From Desulfosudis oleivorans (GTDB lineage Bacteria > Desulfobacterota > Desulfobacteria > Desulfobacterales > SURF-7): 64,000 nt of DNA. Shown here one piece after another: positions 20,334 through 30,180 of the stretch. The translations under genes and the position numbers were made by a program. Position 1 is the stretch's first letter, and every line of letters starts with the position of its first letter. The notes under the pieces were generated by a model. That model was not told where the DNA came from, did no database searches, and saw nothing but the letters and a program-made list of their open reading frames with translations. The DNA is taken from positions 221,724 to 285,723 of the forward strand of contig DYJC01000005.1 of NCBI GenBank assembly GCA_020723305.1. Direction: 5' to 3'.

Positions 20334-20367
20334 GATAATTGTGCCATATGGCACAATTATCGGGGGG
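20328..20367. terminator. 40-bp perfect palindrome, probably a bidirectional terminator hairpin
   Basis: CCCCCCGATAATTGTGCCAT|ATGGCACAATTATCGGGGGG lies between the convergent genes ending at 20282 (+) and 20402 (-). Confidence 0.55.
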
Positions 20368-20401
20368 CATAATTTTTGACAAAACGCTTCGAAAGCTTCG
20401 G

Positions 20402-21931
20402 CTAGAATGTCATAGTCAGCCGGCTGAAGATGCAATAGATATCCTCCAGATCTGTTGTTGCATTTCCTTGCTTCCAGTAATCTCCTGCGGAAAGGTAAGC
20501 AAAAGTTGCCTTATATTCAAGGTTATCCATGAGCTGCCAGGTAAACTTGGCATCCACTTCTACACCCTGATCATCATCCCAGCCTGTGACTGTATCGTCT
20601 GCAGTTGACATGGCAGCCAGAAGACCGATGGTGATGTCATCCCGTACCGAATAATCTGCTCCTATGTACGGCATCTGAAAGCCATCCAGCAACGGTCTTG
20701 AAAAGGTGATAAATCCATTACCGACATGGTTTCCAATCCCGGCCAGGGATGTATTCAGGCCATGGTAATCGGTCGAAAGGATAAACATCTTTTCCCAGTC
20801 AATACCCGGTGCGAAATATCCCATGCCATTTTCATCCGTATCGGTTTCATCCGCATCGCCGGACCGGTGTGCCCAGCCTGCCTGAACAGTTACCGGCCCT
20901 ACATCATAGGTGCCTTCCATAAAATAGGAGAATGCATTCACGTCATGATCCGGCACTGCATATCCATCATCTGAATATTCCACTGTTCCAAAGCAGTAAT
21001 CCAGTTCTGTCTGAATACCGAATTTGTCAAATTTTCCCTTGAAATAAGGAGATAACAGATATACCTGTGCCTCACCAACACCTCCTCTAGTCATCAAAAC
21101 ATTCATCGGAGTGCCTGCTGATGTTGGAGAACCCAGTGTAAGAATTTCCGGGTGTGCGGCAAGATATGCTAGTGTGTTTGCTCCTGCTGTACCACCATCT
21201 GCTACAACTGCTGCTGCATAACCCGTAAGCACTGCCCCATAAGCAGTAAGCCCGGTCGCATCTGCCGTATATCCGGCATCTACAAATTGGTCGATTGACT
21301 TGCGCTGTCCGGGATCCGGAACACGATTAAAATCATACAATCCCAGCAGCAGGCCGCCGTCAAAATTTTCCCGTTTATAAATTGTCCCAAGGTAATACTT
21401 GTCATTGTCCTTTCCTGTGGTGATATCCGGATTCGTATCGTTTTCCGTTGTTTTTTCCGCAATCAGGGCAAAGATCAATTTGCCTTTGGCTACATCCAGT
21501 GGAAGTACCCACTTGAAGCGGTCTGTATCATCCTCATCATCTGCCCAGGTCGTACCCCAGGTGACCCCTTCCTGTCGGCCCAGCATGAACATACCGACTT
21601 TACTGATAATAGTCATGTATGCCCGGTCAAAATCGATATTTTCAGCATCCACTTCATTCGTAAAGGCTGAATCATCTGAATTCCATACTTTTTCAAGCGC
21701 ATCAAACCGGGTCGTGAGTTTCAAATCTTCGGTCACCTTGAAATCAGTCTGAACCCGGAGTCTCATCTGACGGTAATACCTTGCCAAATCTGTATCTGAC
21801 AAGTTTGGATTGGAGTTATAGATTCCCTCAATATAATATTGACCAGTGAAATCCACATCCGCAGCCAAACCTGTGCTGACGGCCATCAATGCAACACAGA
21901 TTGCAAACAATAAAATGGTTGGTTTTTTCAT
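20402..21931 (-). CDS. outer-membrane beta-barrel (porin-like) protein
   Basis: 509 aa. Signal peptide MKKPTILLFAICVALMAVSTGLA/AD, Gly/Tyr/Asp-rich alternating sequence, and a C-terminal ...LTMTF ending in Phe. Confidence 0.6.
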   Translation of the reverse strand: MKKPTILLFAICVALMAVSTGLAADVDFTGQYYIEGIYNSNPNLSDTDLARYYRQMRLRVQTDFKVTEDLKLTTRFDALEKVWNSDDSAFTNEVDAENIDFDRAYMTIISKVGMFMLGRQEGVTWGTTWADDEDDTDRFKWVLPLDVAKGKLIFALIAEKTTENDTNPDITTGKDNDKYYLGTIYKRENFDGGLLLGLYDFNRVPDPGQRKSIDQFVDAGYTADATGLTAYGAVLTGYAAAVVADGGTAGANTLAYLAAHPEILTLGSPTSAGTPMNVLMTRGGVGEAQVYLLSPYFKGKFDKFGIQTELDYCFGTVEYSDDGYAVPDHDVNAFSYFMEGTYDVGPVTVQAGWAHRSGDADETDTDENGMGYFAPGIDWEKMFILSTDYHGLNTSLAGIGNHVGNGFITFSRPLLDGFQMPYIGADYSVRDDITIGLLAAMSTADDTVTGWDDDQGVEVDAKFTWQLMDNLEYKATFAYLSAGDYWKQGNATTDLEDIYCIFSRLTMTF

Positions 21932-22264
21932 TACTTATCTCCTTAAGTATCTGTTATTCAAAAAAAGAAACAAAACAAATCTGTTTATTGTATCAGATGT
22001 AACCTTTCCAGCATCCCTCCTTTCATAATATCAGGTCGTTGATCGTAATTTAGAAGTAAAAAAAATACGTTACGCTGATTGTAAATAGACTTATTTTCTT
22101 AAATTTAGTCTCGGAATTCAATATGTTAATGATTTTTTATTATGGCTTTTGGTTATTCGTTACTGGTGTTTGGGACAGGATAGTTACGATTTTCATTAAA
22201 TCCAAAATAGTGTTGATACTTATTATCTACCCGATGAAGCCGAATGTCAAGTAGTTATATAAAA

Positions 22265-23839
22265 TCATGGATGTTGAATGATTAACTCAGACAAATTCTC
22301 GGTTGCGATATAGCTTTTCCCATTACGAAAAGCACTCTCTCTATCTGTAACAAGAGCATAGATCAGCTCTTTCCTATCATCGTTGTTTACATCTGCGACA
22401 CAAAAATCACTTATATATCCGGACAGATCTTGAGATCTTCGGCTCATTGAGAGGCCCATGCCATCCCAAGCAAATAATAGAAACCTTGAATTGCTGTAGC
22501 TTCGAAATTTTTGGAAAAAACGACCGGAAGAAGAATCATTGAATGGAACAATCACGATCGGTTTTTCCTCAATCTCTATCAAAAATGTTCTTTGTGGTAG
22601 ATAAAAACGCTCGCCTTCGTTCTTCTGATTATCCTCAACGGTCTTGACAAATCTTTCTCTGCCGCCATAGGGGACATCACTTTTCCAGGCCACGCTGCCC
22701 GTTTCCCTGATCATAATCAGTCGATCACTTGAATCAAAAGCTGCGACAAAATCCTTATTCTGTCCGGTAAATCCATTTGAAACGCTAAAAACCATTATAT
22801 CACCCGGCAAGGACTTTTTGCTACCCATCACCAAAGTGGTATCTTTCCACGCAAGTTCATAAATTTCATTCATATATGCATCAGAAACTCCCTTTTTCTG
22901 CCCCAGAAGCTGATTACCCTTTTCCGTGCGAACCACCTGGAAATACCAGTTTTGATCCTGGATGATCGGAGAGAACTGTTTGCCATCCCACTCTATTACA
23001 AATGACGATAAAGAACCGGATATAGAGTTCTCACATGAAATATAGATTTCTGCTGTTCCATTCTTGTTGACATCCGCAACATCGATTGAAAGATAGGAGT
23101 GATATTTTTCTCCCTTGATCTCCCCGTGATGAACAACCTCATTCCCTTGAATATGAAAAATATGGATATCATGACCCGTTGCTGCAACCATTTCCATCTT
23201 TCCGTTTGCATCGATATCACCTGCGCCAATAGCAAAGATCTGAAACGGGAGTTCACTGCTTTTCCAGAGGCCGGCATTTTCATTTTGCTTCCTCTGAGGT
23301 GTCAGATGATCATTTTCTGCTGAGGAAGAAATTGCTTTGCCAGGAACAGTTGGTTTGAAAACCTCATTCCCGATATCATTTGCAATATCTTCTGTTGCTG
23401 GAATGAGATCATCCATGGTATTTATTTTCCTGAAAAAAGACCAGGGACCTTGATCTCCGGACATATTCACTACCTTTACATCAAGACTCGCATGTTTTCC
23501 TACGATGGTAATACTCCCATAAACAATATAATCGGTATTCCATTCTTTATAAGTGTTGCGGAGCTCATCCAGACGGGAAGCGCTTTTTTCAAAGGTTTCA
23601 AAATCCGCCTTTGCTACCGGACTGACAATCACAATCTCCCTTATACCGGCAAGACGGGATTCCAGTATTTCGGAAACACCCTTCTGTAAATATTCCATTT
23701 TCTTTTCTGCATTGATTTGAAACGGCAGAACAGAGATACGCTTTCGATCTGCTGCCATTACATAGAAATCCAATATCCAACCATGAAAAAATATAACCAT
23801 AAAAATTAATATAAAATCAAGAATATAGAATCTTTTCAC
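22265..23839 (-). CDS. LpoB/TolB-N-like domain + FG-GAP/VCBS beta-propeller repeat protein
   Basis: 524 aa with an N-terminal hydrophobic segment. ISVLPFQINAEK...DYIVYGSITIVG pattern, and Ca-binding-like FG-GAP motifs (GDIDANGKME, DVADVNKNGTAE, VADVNNDDRKE). Confidence 0.7.
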   Translation of the reverse strand: MKRFYILDFILIFMVIFFHGWILDFYVMAADRKRISVLPFQINAEKKMEYLQKGVSEILESRLAGIREIVIVSPVAKADFETFEKSASRLDELRNTYKEWNTDYIVYGSITIVGKHASLDVKVVNMSGDQGPWSFFRKINTMDDLIPATEDIANDIGNEVFKPTVPGKAISSSAENDHLTPQRKQNENAGLWKSSELPFQIFAIGAGDIDANGKMEMVAATGHDIHIFHIQGNEVVHHGEIKGEKYHSYLSIDVADVNKNGTAEIYISCENSISGSLSSFVIEWDGKQFSPIIQDQNWYFQVVRTEKGNQLLGQKKGVSDAYMNEIYELAWKDTTLVMGSKKSLPGDIMVFSVSNGFTGQNKDFVAAFDSSDRLIMIRETGSVAWKSDVPYGGRERFVKTVEDNQKNEGERFYLPQRTFLIEIEEKPIVIVPFNDSSSGRFFQKFRSYSNSRFLLFAWDGMGLSMSRRSQDLSGYISDFCVADVNNDDRKELIYALVTDRESAFRNGKSYIATENLSELIIQHP

Positions 23840-24369
23840 TCCCGTAGCTCCCGATCTTTTTCAGCTTTTTCCAAGTTATTTGTTTCCAACAGATATGCTT
23901 TTTGTTCAATAAAACAATTATATTATGACTGAGATACCATATTGCTTGGTATTATGAAAGAGGGTAAGAATAACTTTCTGCATTTATTGCCAAAATGTCT
24001 TGACTTTTCCATGTCTGCTTGATAGAACTACGGCAAATTTTATTTTTTATCTATAAAAAATCGGTTTGATTTTAATCTGTTATAGAAATGAAAAGTCAAA
24101 AAATATTTCCTCTTTTTAAATTAAAAACGTTGAATAATCGGTTTTAAACAAAAAACGAAAACAGTCAAACATTATTAAAGTTAAAGACTAAGGCAATCCA
24201 TATCCATTACTGACCATTTGCTACTATTATGAGTTTTATCGCGAATTCTTTTAAGGAGGTGGTGCTGAAGCGAAGTAATTGTCTGCAAAACGTTTATTGA
24301 ATTTTAATTCTGTATAAAAAGGAAAACACAAGCTTTTATTTCTATTAATACAAATTTAGGAGGAAACAG

Positions 24370-25470
24370 ATGATGAAAAAACTTGTTATTTTATTTGCAG
24401 TCTTTACACTGGTTGGTAGTTTTGCCCTATCTGCTACAGCGGCAGATTGGAGTTTTTATGGTTCAGCTCGAATGAAAACATTTCATGAAATAGATGATAA
24501 AATCACTACTCAGACCGATCCAGATGACGGGGATACGACCTGGGATCTCCAGGGCAATGCCAGACTTGGTGCTACCGTGAAGAATGGTGATATCGGAGGT
24601 TGTTTCGAGTACGGTTCAACGCCTAACCTGAGAAAACTGTATGGAACCTATGCATTTGGCAATAATGAACTACTTGTTGGACAGACCTACACTCCTGTCA
24701 GCAACTATTTTTACGCCAACCAGGTTTGGGGTGATGACAATGACCTGCTTGGTTTAGGTCAAGCCTATGCTGGACGCTTGCCCATGATTCAGCTGACCTT
24801 CAACAAAATGGTTAAAGTTGCTCTTGTGAGACCTTCAAGTACAATAACTATTACCGGTACTGATTTCGATGCCGATGGAACAGTAGAAACTTCGGAAAAC
24901 CCGGATACGGATGTGATGCTACCAAAACTGGAAGTTTCTTTTAACATGGCCAAAGAAAAATTTTTCGTAGATGTTTTTATGGGAGCCCAAACCTTTGGTG
25001 TTGAAAACATCGGAACTGCGGGTCGAGATGATGTAGATGTTACTTCTTATGTCGTTGGTGCCGGCGGTGGGGTAACCCTCGGCAAGGCTTTTGTCAATGC
25101 TGGACTGAGCTATGCACTCAACGGTGGTAACTACGGACTTGCCTCAACAGGCAGCAACAACAGAGGAACATACAATGCGACCGCTGTTGATATAAATGAC
25201 AACACAACCTTATCCGGACTTCTTGTTGCCGGCTTGAAACCCAATGAAACTGTTACGGTTGAAGTAGGTGTTGGATATGATACTCAGGATCTGGATGGGG
25301 CTGCAGAAAAAGATGACACCATGTGTTACTATGTGAATACAACTTACAACTTTACCAAAGGTGTGTTTATCGTTCCGGAAATTGGGTACTTTGATTATAT
25401 GGACAACAATGCAGGCGCTGATCAGGGATCAATGATGTACTTTGGCGCCAAAACCCAGATCAATTTCTAA
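24370..25470 (+). CDS. outer-membrane beta-barrel (porin-like) protein
   Basis: 366 aa. SD AGGAGG, signal peptide ending in SATA/AD, and a C-terminal ...KTQINF. Confidence 0.6.
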   Translation: MMKKLVILFAVFTLVGSFALSATAADWSFYGSARMKTFHEIDDKITTQTDPDDGDTTWDLQGNARLGATVKNGDIGGCFEYGSTPNLRKLYGTYAFGNNELLVGQTYTPVSNYFYANQVWGDDNDLLGLGQAYAGRLPMIQLTFNKMVKVALVRPSSTITITGTDFDADGTVETSENPDTDVMLPKLEVSFNMAKEKFFVDVFMGAQTFGVENIGTAGRDDVDVTSYVVGAGGGVTLGKAFVNAGLSYALNGGNYGLASTGSNNRGTYNATAVDINDNTTLSGLLVAGLKPNETVTVEVGVGYDTQDLDGAAEKDDTMCYYVNTTYNFTKGVFIVPEIGYFDYMDNNAGADQGSMMYFGAKTQINF

Positions 25471-25505
25471 GTCAATTGTTTTATAAAAATAGCAATTAAT
25501 CATTG

Positions 25506-25538
25506 AAAACCCGGATATGAACATTGTATCCGGGTTTT
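25506..25538. terminator. bidirectional rho-independent terminator
   Basis: AAAACCCGGATA (25506-25517) pairs with TATCCGGGTTTT (25527-25538). It lies between convergent genes. Confidence 0.7.
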
Positions 25539-25556
25539 CTCTACAATAACAGACTT

Positions 25557-27167
25557 TTATTCTTTGATCTGCTTTAAATCATATGAAACCAGAACGCTTT
25601 TCGGATGACCTCCCAGAACAGATTCTGTTTCCAAAATCAGACTGGCAACCAGTTCTTTTTCCCCATCCTGATCAATATCATCGATTACAAAGCCGGTAAT
25701 GTTTCCGGATAAATTTCGCGTTTCCCAGCTTGGCGCAAAGCCAATCCCATCCCAGGAAAGACCCTTGATATGTGCTTGATCGTTTGAACTGAAAAAACTC
25801 AATAACGATCCAGAATTGTTTGGATTATTAATAACGATAAGTTGATTTTTCCCATCTTCGGTATTATTGATCCCAACCCGCATGGGATAATACTGCCGGT
25901 TTTCAACACCCGGTTCCTCTTTTTGCAGCAGGAAATAAAATGGAAGCGGTGCATATGGCCCTTTTCCAGACCAGCATCGATTACCCGAAGAATCGATAGC
26001 TATCAGTGAACCATCCCTGGTCACAGAAACACATATATCTTCGGCAGTATTCAAAAGTCTTCCAAAGGCCAAACCCAATGCATTGGCCGTATTTTCAGGC
26101 AAAACCGGATCAGTCGGTTCATACTGGCTGTTCTTCCAGACCATCCGGACAATTGCACCGCTGAAAATATCGGCACGACCTGTTCTCTGCATCTGACCCA
26201 ATAATTGTTTTCCCAGGGTCGGATGTTCAACCACCTTAAAATACAAGGAGGAATCTTCGATTATTTTGGAATAAACCCCCTGGTTATATTCAATTACAAA
26301 GGAAGAAACCGTATTTTTAAGCGCATTCAGACTGGTAACAAATATTTCTGCAAAACCGTTCCCATTGATATCAGCGATATCGATACTTATCAGGTTCAGG
26401 TCATCATCGGAAAAAATCGTTTGTTTTATTACAAGCCTTGATTGGTGAATTTGATAAAGATCAACTGCATGGGGTGAGAGGATCACAATCTCTTTGATAC
26501 CGTCATTGTCCGTATCACCAACAGCCAGACTATGGATTATTGTATCAATAGGTTCACTTTTCCAAAAACCAATCATAGCTTTTTCCTCTGAACCATGATG
26601 TGTGATAATGTATGATGAATCTGTGCTCTTGCTTTTTTCGGATTCCATTGCACCTTTTGTATGTTCTTGTTGAGCAGCGGTGATAAAAAATGTTTTTTTA
26701 ATTTCTCCTGCAAAACCATTTATCTCCGGAATGATTCCATCCACAGAAGACAATTCTTTGGATAAGTGTACCGGTAATTTCGATCCTCTCAAATCAAGCG
26801 CTTTTCCCTGGACAATCACTTGATTGCCAAAAACGGAAACGCTGCCATATACAATATAATCCGCCTTTAAATCCCGGCCCAGCTTTTCTGCTTTTTCATA
26901 GGTCAGTGTCCCCTTAATATCTTTCATTGCTTCAGCGATATGTTCCTGATCTATCACTTTTGTTTTTCCTTGCGTTGACAAATGAAAAGTCAGCATCTCC
27001 GTAATCCCGTTTTGCATATATGAATAATCCTTCTCCGCATTGACTGTAAATGGGATGACAGCCACTTGTGGCAGGGAATTCGCCAATGCCTTCAATGGAG
27101 CAACCGGAATTAAAAAAAAGATCACATAAAAGAAAAATATACGATTCTTTAAAATCAAAATTTTCAC
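25557..27167 (-). CDS. LpoB/TolB-N-like domain + FG-GAP/VCBS beta-propeller repeat protein (paralogue of 22265-23839)
   Basis: 536 aa with a GTG start 6 nt after GGAGGA. Signal peptide ...LKALA/NS, VAVIPFTVNAEK...DYIVYGSVSVFG, and FG-GAP motifs (GDTDNDGIKE, DIADINGNGFAE, IDDIDQDGEKE). Collinear with the 524-aa protein over its full length. Confidence 0.7.
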   Translation of the reverse strand: MKILILKNRIFFFYVIFFLIPVAPLKALANSLPQVAVIPFTVNAEKDYSYMQNGITEMLTFHLSTQGKTKVIDQEHIAEAMKDIKGTLTYEKAEKLGRDLKADYIVYGSVSVFGNQVIVQGKALDLRGSKLPVHLSKELSSVDGIIPEINGFAGEIKKTFFITAAQQEHTKGAMESEKSKSTDSSYIITHHGSEEKAMIGFWKSEPIDTIIHSLAVGDTDNDGIKEIVILSPHAVDLYQIHQSRLVIKQTIFSDDDLNLISIDIADINGNGFAEIFVTSLNALKNTVSSFVIEYNQGVYSKIIEDSSLYFKVVEHPTLGKQLLGQMQRTGRADIFSGAIVRMVWKNSQYEPTDPVLPENTANALGLAFGRLLNTAEDICVSVTRDGSLIAIDSSGNRCWSGKGPYAPLPFYFLLQKEEPGVENRQYYPMRVGINNTEDGKNQLIVINNPNNSGSLLSFFSSNDQAHIKGLSWDGIGFAPSWETRNLSGNITGFVIDDIDQDGEKELVASLILETESVLGGHPKSVLVSYDLKQIKE

Positions 27168-27170
27168 AGA

Positions 27171-28601
27171 TTATCCTCCCAATTTGTCCTGCAGGATCTT
27201 GTTCACTATTCCGGGATTTGCCTTGCCACTTGTTTCCTTCATAACCTGACCCACAAAAAATCCTATCAATTTTCTTTTACCGCCCTTATAGGCTGACACT
27301 TCATCAGGAGAAGCATCAATCACTTTTTGCACAACCGCCATAATGGCAGAACTATCCGTTACCTGAACCAGTCCTTTTTCAACCACAATCTGTCTGGCAG
27401 ACTTCCCGGTTTCGGCCATTTCATCAAAAACAGTTTTGGCAATCTTTGCACTGAGCACATCTTCTGAAACCAGTTGTAACAATCCTGCCAAGTTTTCAGC
27501 AGTCACCGGCGATTCCGCTATGGTCTTGCCCTGTGCATTCAAAAGTCCCAGAAGGTTGCCTGTAATCCAGTTGCAGACCGCTTTCGAATCAGAAAAAATG
27601 GTCACACATGCCTCAAAATAATCCGCCAGCTCTCTGCTCGAGGTAAGCCGTTCGGCATCCTGGACTGGAAGTGAATATTGATGGATAAACCGGCCGGTTT
27701 TCTTATCCGGCAGCTCCGGCAGCTCATTTCTTACCTGATCAATCCATATCTGATCAATCACCAGTGGAAGCAGGTCTGGATCTGGAAAATACCGGTAATC
27801 ATGAGCTTCCTCTTTGTCGCGCATGGAATATGTTTTCTGGGAATCCGGATTCCACAGGCGTGTTTCCTGAATTACCTGCCCACCCTCCTCAAGAATCGCC
27901 TGCTGACGCCGAATCTCATAATGAATTGCCTTTTCCACATGTTTAAAGGAGTTTAAATTTTTCAACTCTGTACGTGTCCCAAATTTTTCAACACCTTTTG
28001 GACGAAGCGAAATATTCGCATCACAACGAAAACTTCCTTCTTCCATATTTCCATCACAAATTTCAATATACCTCGATATTGAACGCAATTTTCTCAAATA
28101 AGCGCCAGCCTCTTCCGGAGATCGGATATCTGGTTCACTTACAATTTCAATCAATGGAACGCCGGTTCGATTCAGATCAACATGGCTCATTGGGCGATGA
28201 GGGTCATGATTCAACTTTCCGGCATCCTCTTCCATATGTATTCTGGTGATCCCGATTTTTTTTATAGTTCCATTCACCTCAATCTCCACCTCCCCGAACG
28301 CAGCAATGGGAAGTTCATACTGGGAAATCTGATATCCTTTGGGGAGATCCGGATAAAAATAATTTTTCCGTGCAAATCGACTGATTTCAGCAACTTGGCA
28401 ACCCGTTGCCATTGCCATTCGCAAAGCATATTCCACTACCATCTTGTTAAGCACGGGAAGAACACCGGGCATTCCAAGACACACCGGGCATACATGTGTA
28501 TTGGGTGGTGCGCCGAATGCTGTTGAACAGGAACAAAAAATTTTTGATTGGGTCTTAAGTTGGGCATGAACCTCAAGCCCGATAACTGGTTCAAATTCCA
28601 T
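27171..28601 (-). CDS. gatB: Asp/Glu-tRNA amidotransferase subunit B
   Basis: 476 aa with the N-terminus [14 protein letters not shown] and a C-terminal GatB/YqeY domain. Confidence 0.95.
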   Translation of the reverse strand: MEFEPVIGLEVHAQLKTQSKIFCSCSTAFGAPPNTHVCPVCLGMPGVLPVLNKMVVEYALRMAMATGCQVAEISRFARKNYFYPDLPKGYQISQYELPIAAFGEVEIEVNGTIKKIGITRIHMEEDAGKLNHDPHRPMSHVDLNRTGVPLIEIVSEPDIRSPEEAGAYLRKLRSISRYIEICDGNMEEGSFRCDANISLRPKGVEKFGTRTELKNLNSFKHVEKAIHYEIRRQQAILEEGGQVIQETRLWNPDSQKTYSMRDKEEAHDYRYFPDPDLLPLVIDQIWIDQVRNELPELPDKKTGRFIHQYSLPVQDAERLTSSRELADYFEACVTIFSDSKAVCNWITGNLLGLLNAQGKTIAESPVTAENLAGLLQLVSEDVLSAKIAKTVFDEMAETGKSARQIVVEKGLVQVTDSSAIMAVVQKVIDASPDEVSAYKGGKRKLIGFFVGQVMKETSGKANPGIVNKILQDKLGG

Positions 28602-28873
28602 GTTAATTCCTTTGTTGCAAATTCATCCTGTCGATTGAATCTTATCATTGCCCTCAATAAATAAAATTAGGTAGAAGCAAAAACCTAATTTACGATAATC
28701 GCATAAGAAAATCACCCTACTAAAATCACTCAACCCTGTCAATTTGATTGATTTCGACAGATATTTCATACTTGCCGCTATTTTTTTTTCATGATAGTGG
28801 CCTTTGTTGACTGTCGGATTGAACTATTTCCGGTGAATTCAATCTCAATAAACCTGCTTACAATGAAGATCAG

Positions 28874-29086
28874 ATGAGATCTCGGAAGGTTATTATGACT
28901 TTTTTTCTATGTGTTATTGGGATGGTAATGATTCTAGAAGGATTTCCATATTTTGCATTTCCGGAAAAAATTAAATCTTTTATTTTAAAAATTTCGGATA
29001 CCCCAGACCAAACGCTGAGAGTGGTCGGTTTTTTATTGATGCTCTCCGGACTTGGTCTTGTGTACCTTGGGAAGAAAATTAGGTAA
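28874..29086 (+). CDS. small membrane protein (DUF2065-like)
   Basis: Two hydrophobic helices and the motif LEGFPYFAFPEK. The true start may be ATG 28895. Confidence 0.5.
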   Translation: MRSRKVIMTFFLCVIGMVMILEGFPYFAFPEKIKSFILKISDTPDQTLRVVGFLLMLSGLGLVYLGKKIR

Positions 29087-29093
29087 ATAAATC

Positions 29094-30155
29094 ATGTATC
29101 AGTTGTTAGACTACGACTTTACACTTCCGGAAATGCTGATTGCACAGAAACCAAAGATCAACAGAGATCAATCCAAACTACTTGTCCTTGACAAAAACTC
29201 AGGAAAAATTACTCATCAATCTTTTTTTGAAATTGTTGAGTTATTATCACCATCAGACCTCCTGGTAGTAAACAATACAAAGGTAATCCCTGGCCGACTC
29301 TTCGGGCACAAGGAAACCGGAGGTCAGGTTGAACTTTTATTGTTGGACTATATGGAAGGCATGCAGAATCTCGAGAATAAAGGAAAATTTGAATGTCCTT
29401 GCCTGATTAAAGCATCCAAACATCCCCAAAAAGGATCCTGGTTATATTTTGATATGGATCTAAAAGCAGAAATAATTGAATTCCATGAAGGAATACACCG
29501 GGTTCGTTTTTGGTCCGCCGGGCACTTTGAAACCATTTTAGAAGCTATCGGCAGGGTTCCGCTTCCTCCTTATATTAAACGGGACAACGATTTGAATGCG
29601 ATTGATGATCGAAACACCTATCAAACAGTATATGCAGAAAAAAAAGGAGCAATTGCCGCTCCAACTGCAGGACTTCATTTTTCTCCACAGCTTATTGAAA
29701 AAATACAATCTGATGGCACCCCGATCGTTGAAATCACTTTGCATGTAGGATATGGAACATTTCTTCCAATCCGAGTAAATGATATCCGAAACCATAAAAT
29801 GCATTCGGAAAGATTTTATATTTCCAAAAATGCTGCTGACATGATCAACCAAAAAAAGAAGGAGAATGGCCGAATCATTGCTGTAGGAACCACATCGGTC
29901 CGGGCACTTGAGTATGCGACCAACAAAGACGGAATTGTTTCAGACGGTCCAGGAACATGCGATCTGTTCATCTATCCGGGATATCAATTTCAAACTGTAA
30001 GCGGTATGATCACCAATTTTCATCTTCCCAAATCATCTTTGATCATGCTGGTATCTGCCTTTGCCGGCCGTTCAACGATTCTCTCTGCCTATCAGGAGGC
30101 AATACAAAAAAATTACCGTTTTTTCAGTTATGGTGATGCAATGTTCATAAAATGA
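29094..30155 (+). CDS. queA: S-adenosylmethionine:tRNA ribosyltransferase-isomerase
   Basis: 353 aa with QueA-type sequence (YDFTLPEMLIAQKP, AVGTTSVRALE). Confidence 0.95.
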   Translation: MYQLLDYDFTLPEMLIAQKPKINRDQSKLLVLDKNSGKITHQSFFEIVELLSPSDLLVVNNTKVIPGRLFGHKETGGQVELLLLDYMEGMQNLENKGKFECPCLIKASKHPQKGSWLYFDMDLKAEIIEFHEGIHRVRFWSAGHFETILEAIGRVPLPPYIKRDNDLNAIDDRNTYQTVYAEKKGAIAAPTAGLHFSPQLIEKIQSDGTPIVEITLHVGYGTFLPIRVNDIRNHKMHSERFYISKNAADMINQKKKENGRIIAVGTTSVRALEYATNKDGIVSDGPGTCDLFIYPGYQFQTVSGMITNFHLPKSSLIMLVSAFAGRSTILSAYQEAIQKNYRFFSYGDAMFIK

Positions 30156-30180
30156 TCGCAGGGATACCCAAATTCAAAAT

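Noticed and set aside
20341-20361. A sigma54 -24/-12 promoter suggested by the TGGCAC in the palindrome.
   Set aside because: The -12 element TTGC(A/T) is absent at the required spacing (TGGCACaattaTCGG). The site also lies downstream of both flanking genes.
22104-22241. 45-aa plus-strand ORF (MLMIFYYGFWLFVTGVWDRIV...) in the gap between the porin-like gene and the FG-GAP gene.
   Set aside because: It lies opposite in strand to both neighbours in an AT-rich spacer. It has no SD. It is probably a chance ORF.
28664-28692. Inverted repeat AAATTAGGT-N10-ACCTAATTT in the gatB/DUF2065 divergent region.
   Set aside because: It is a short AT-rich stem in AT-rich DNA, with no T-tract or recognisable operator family. 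The evidence is not enough to call a feature.
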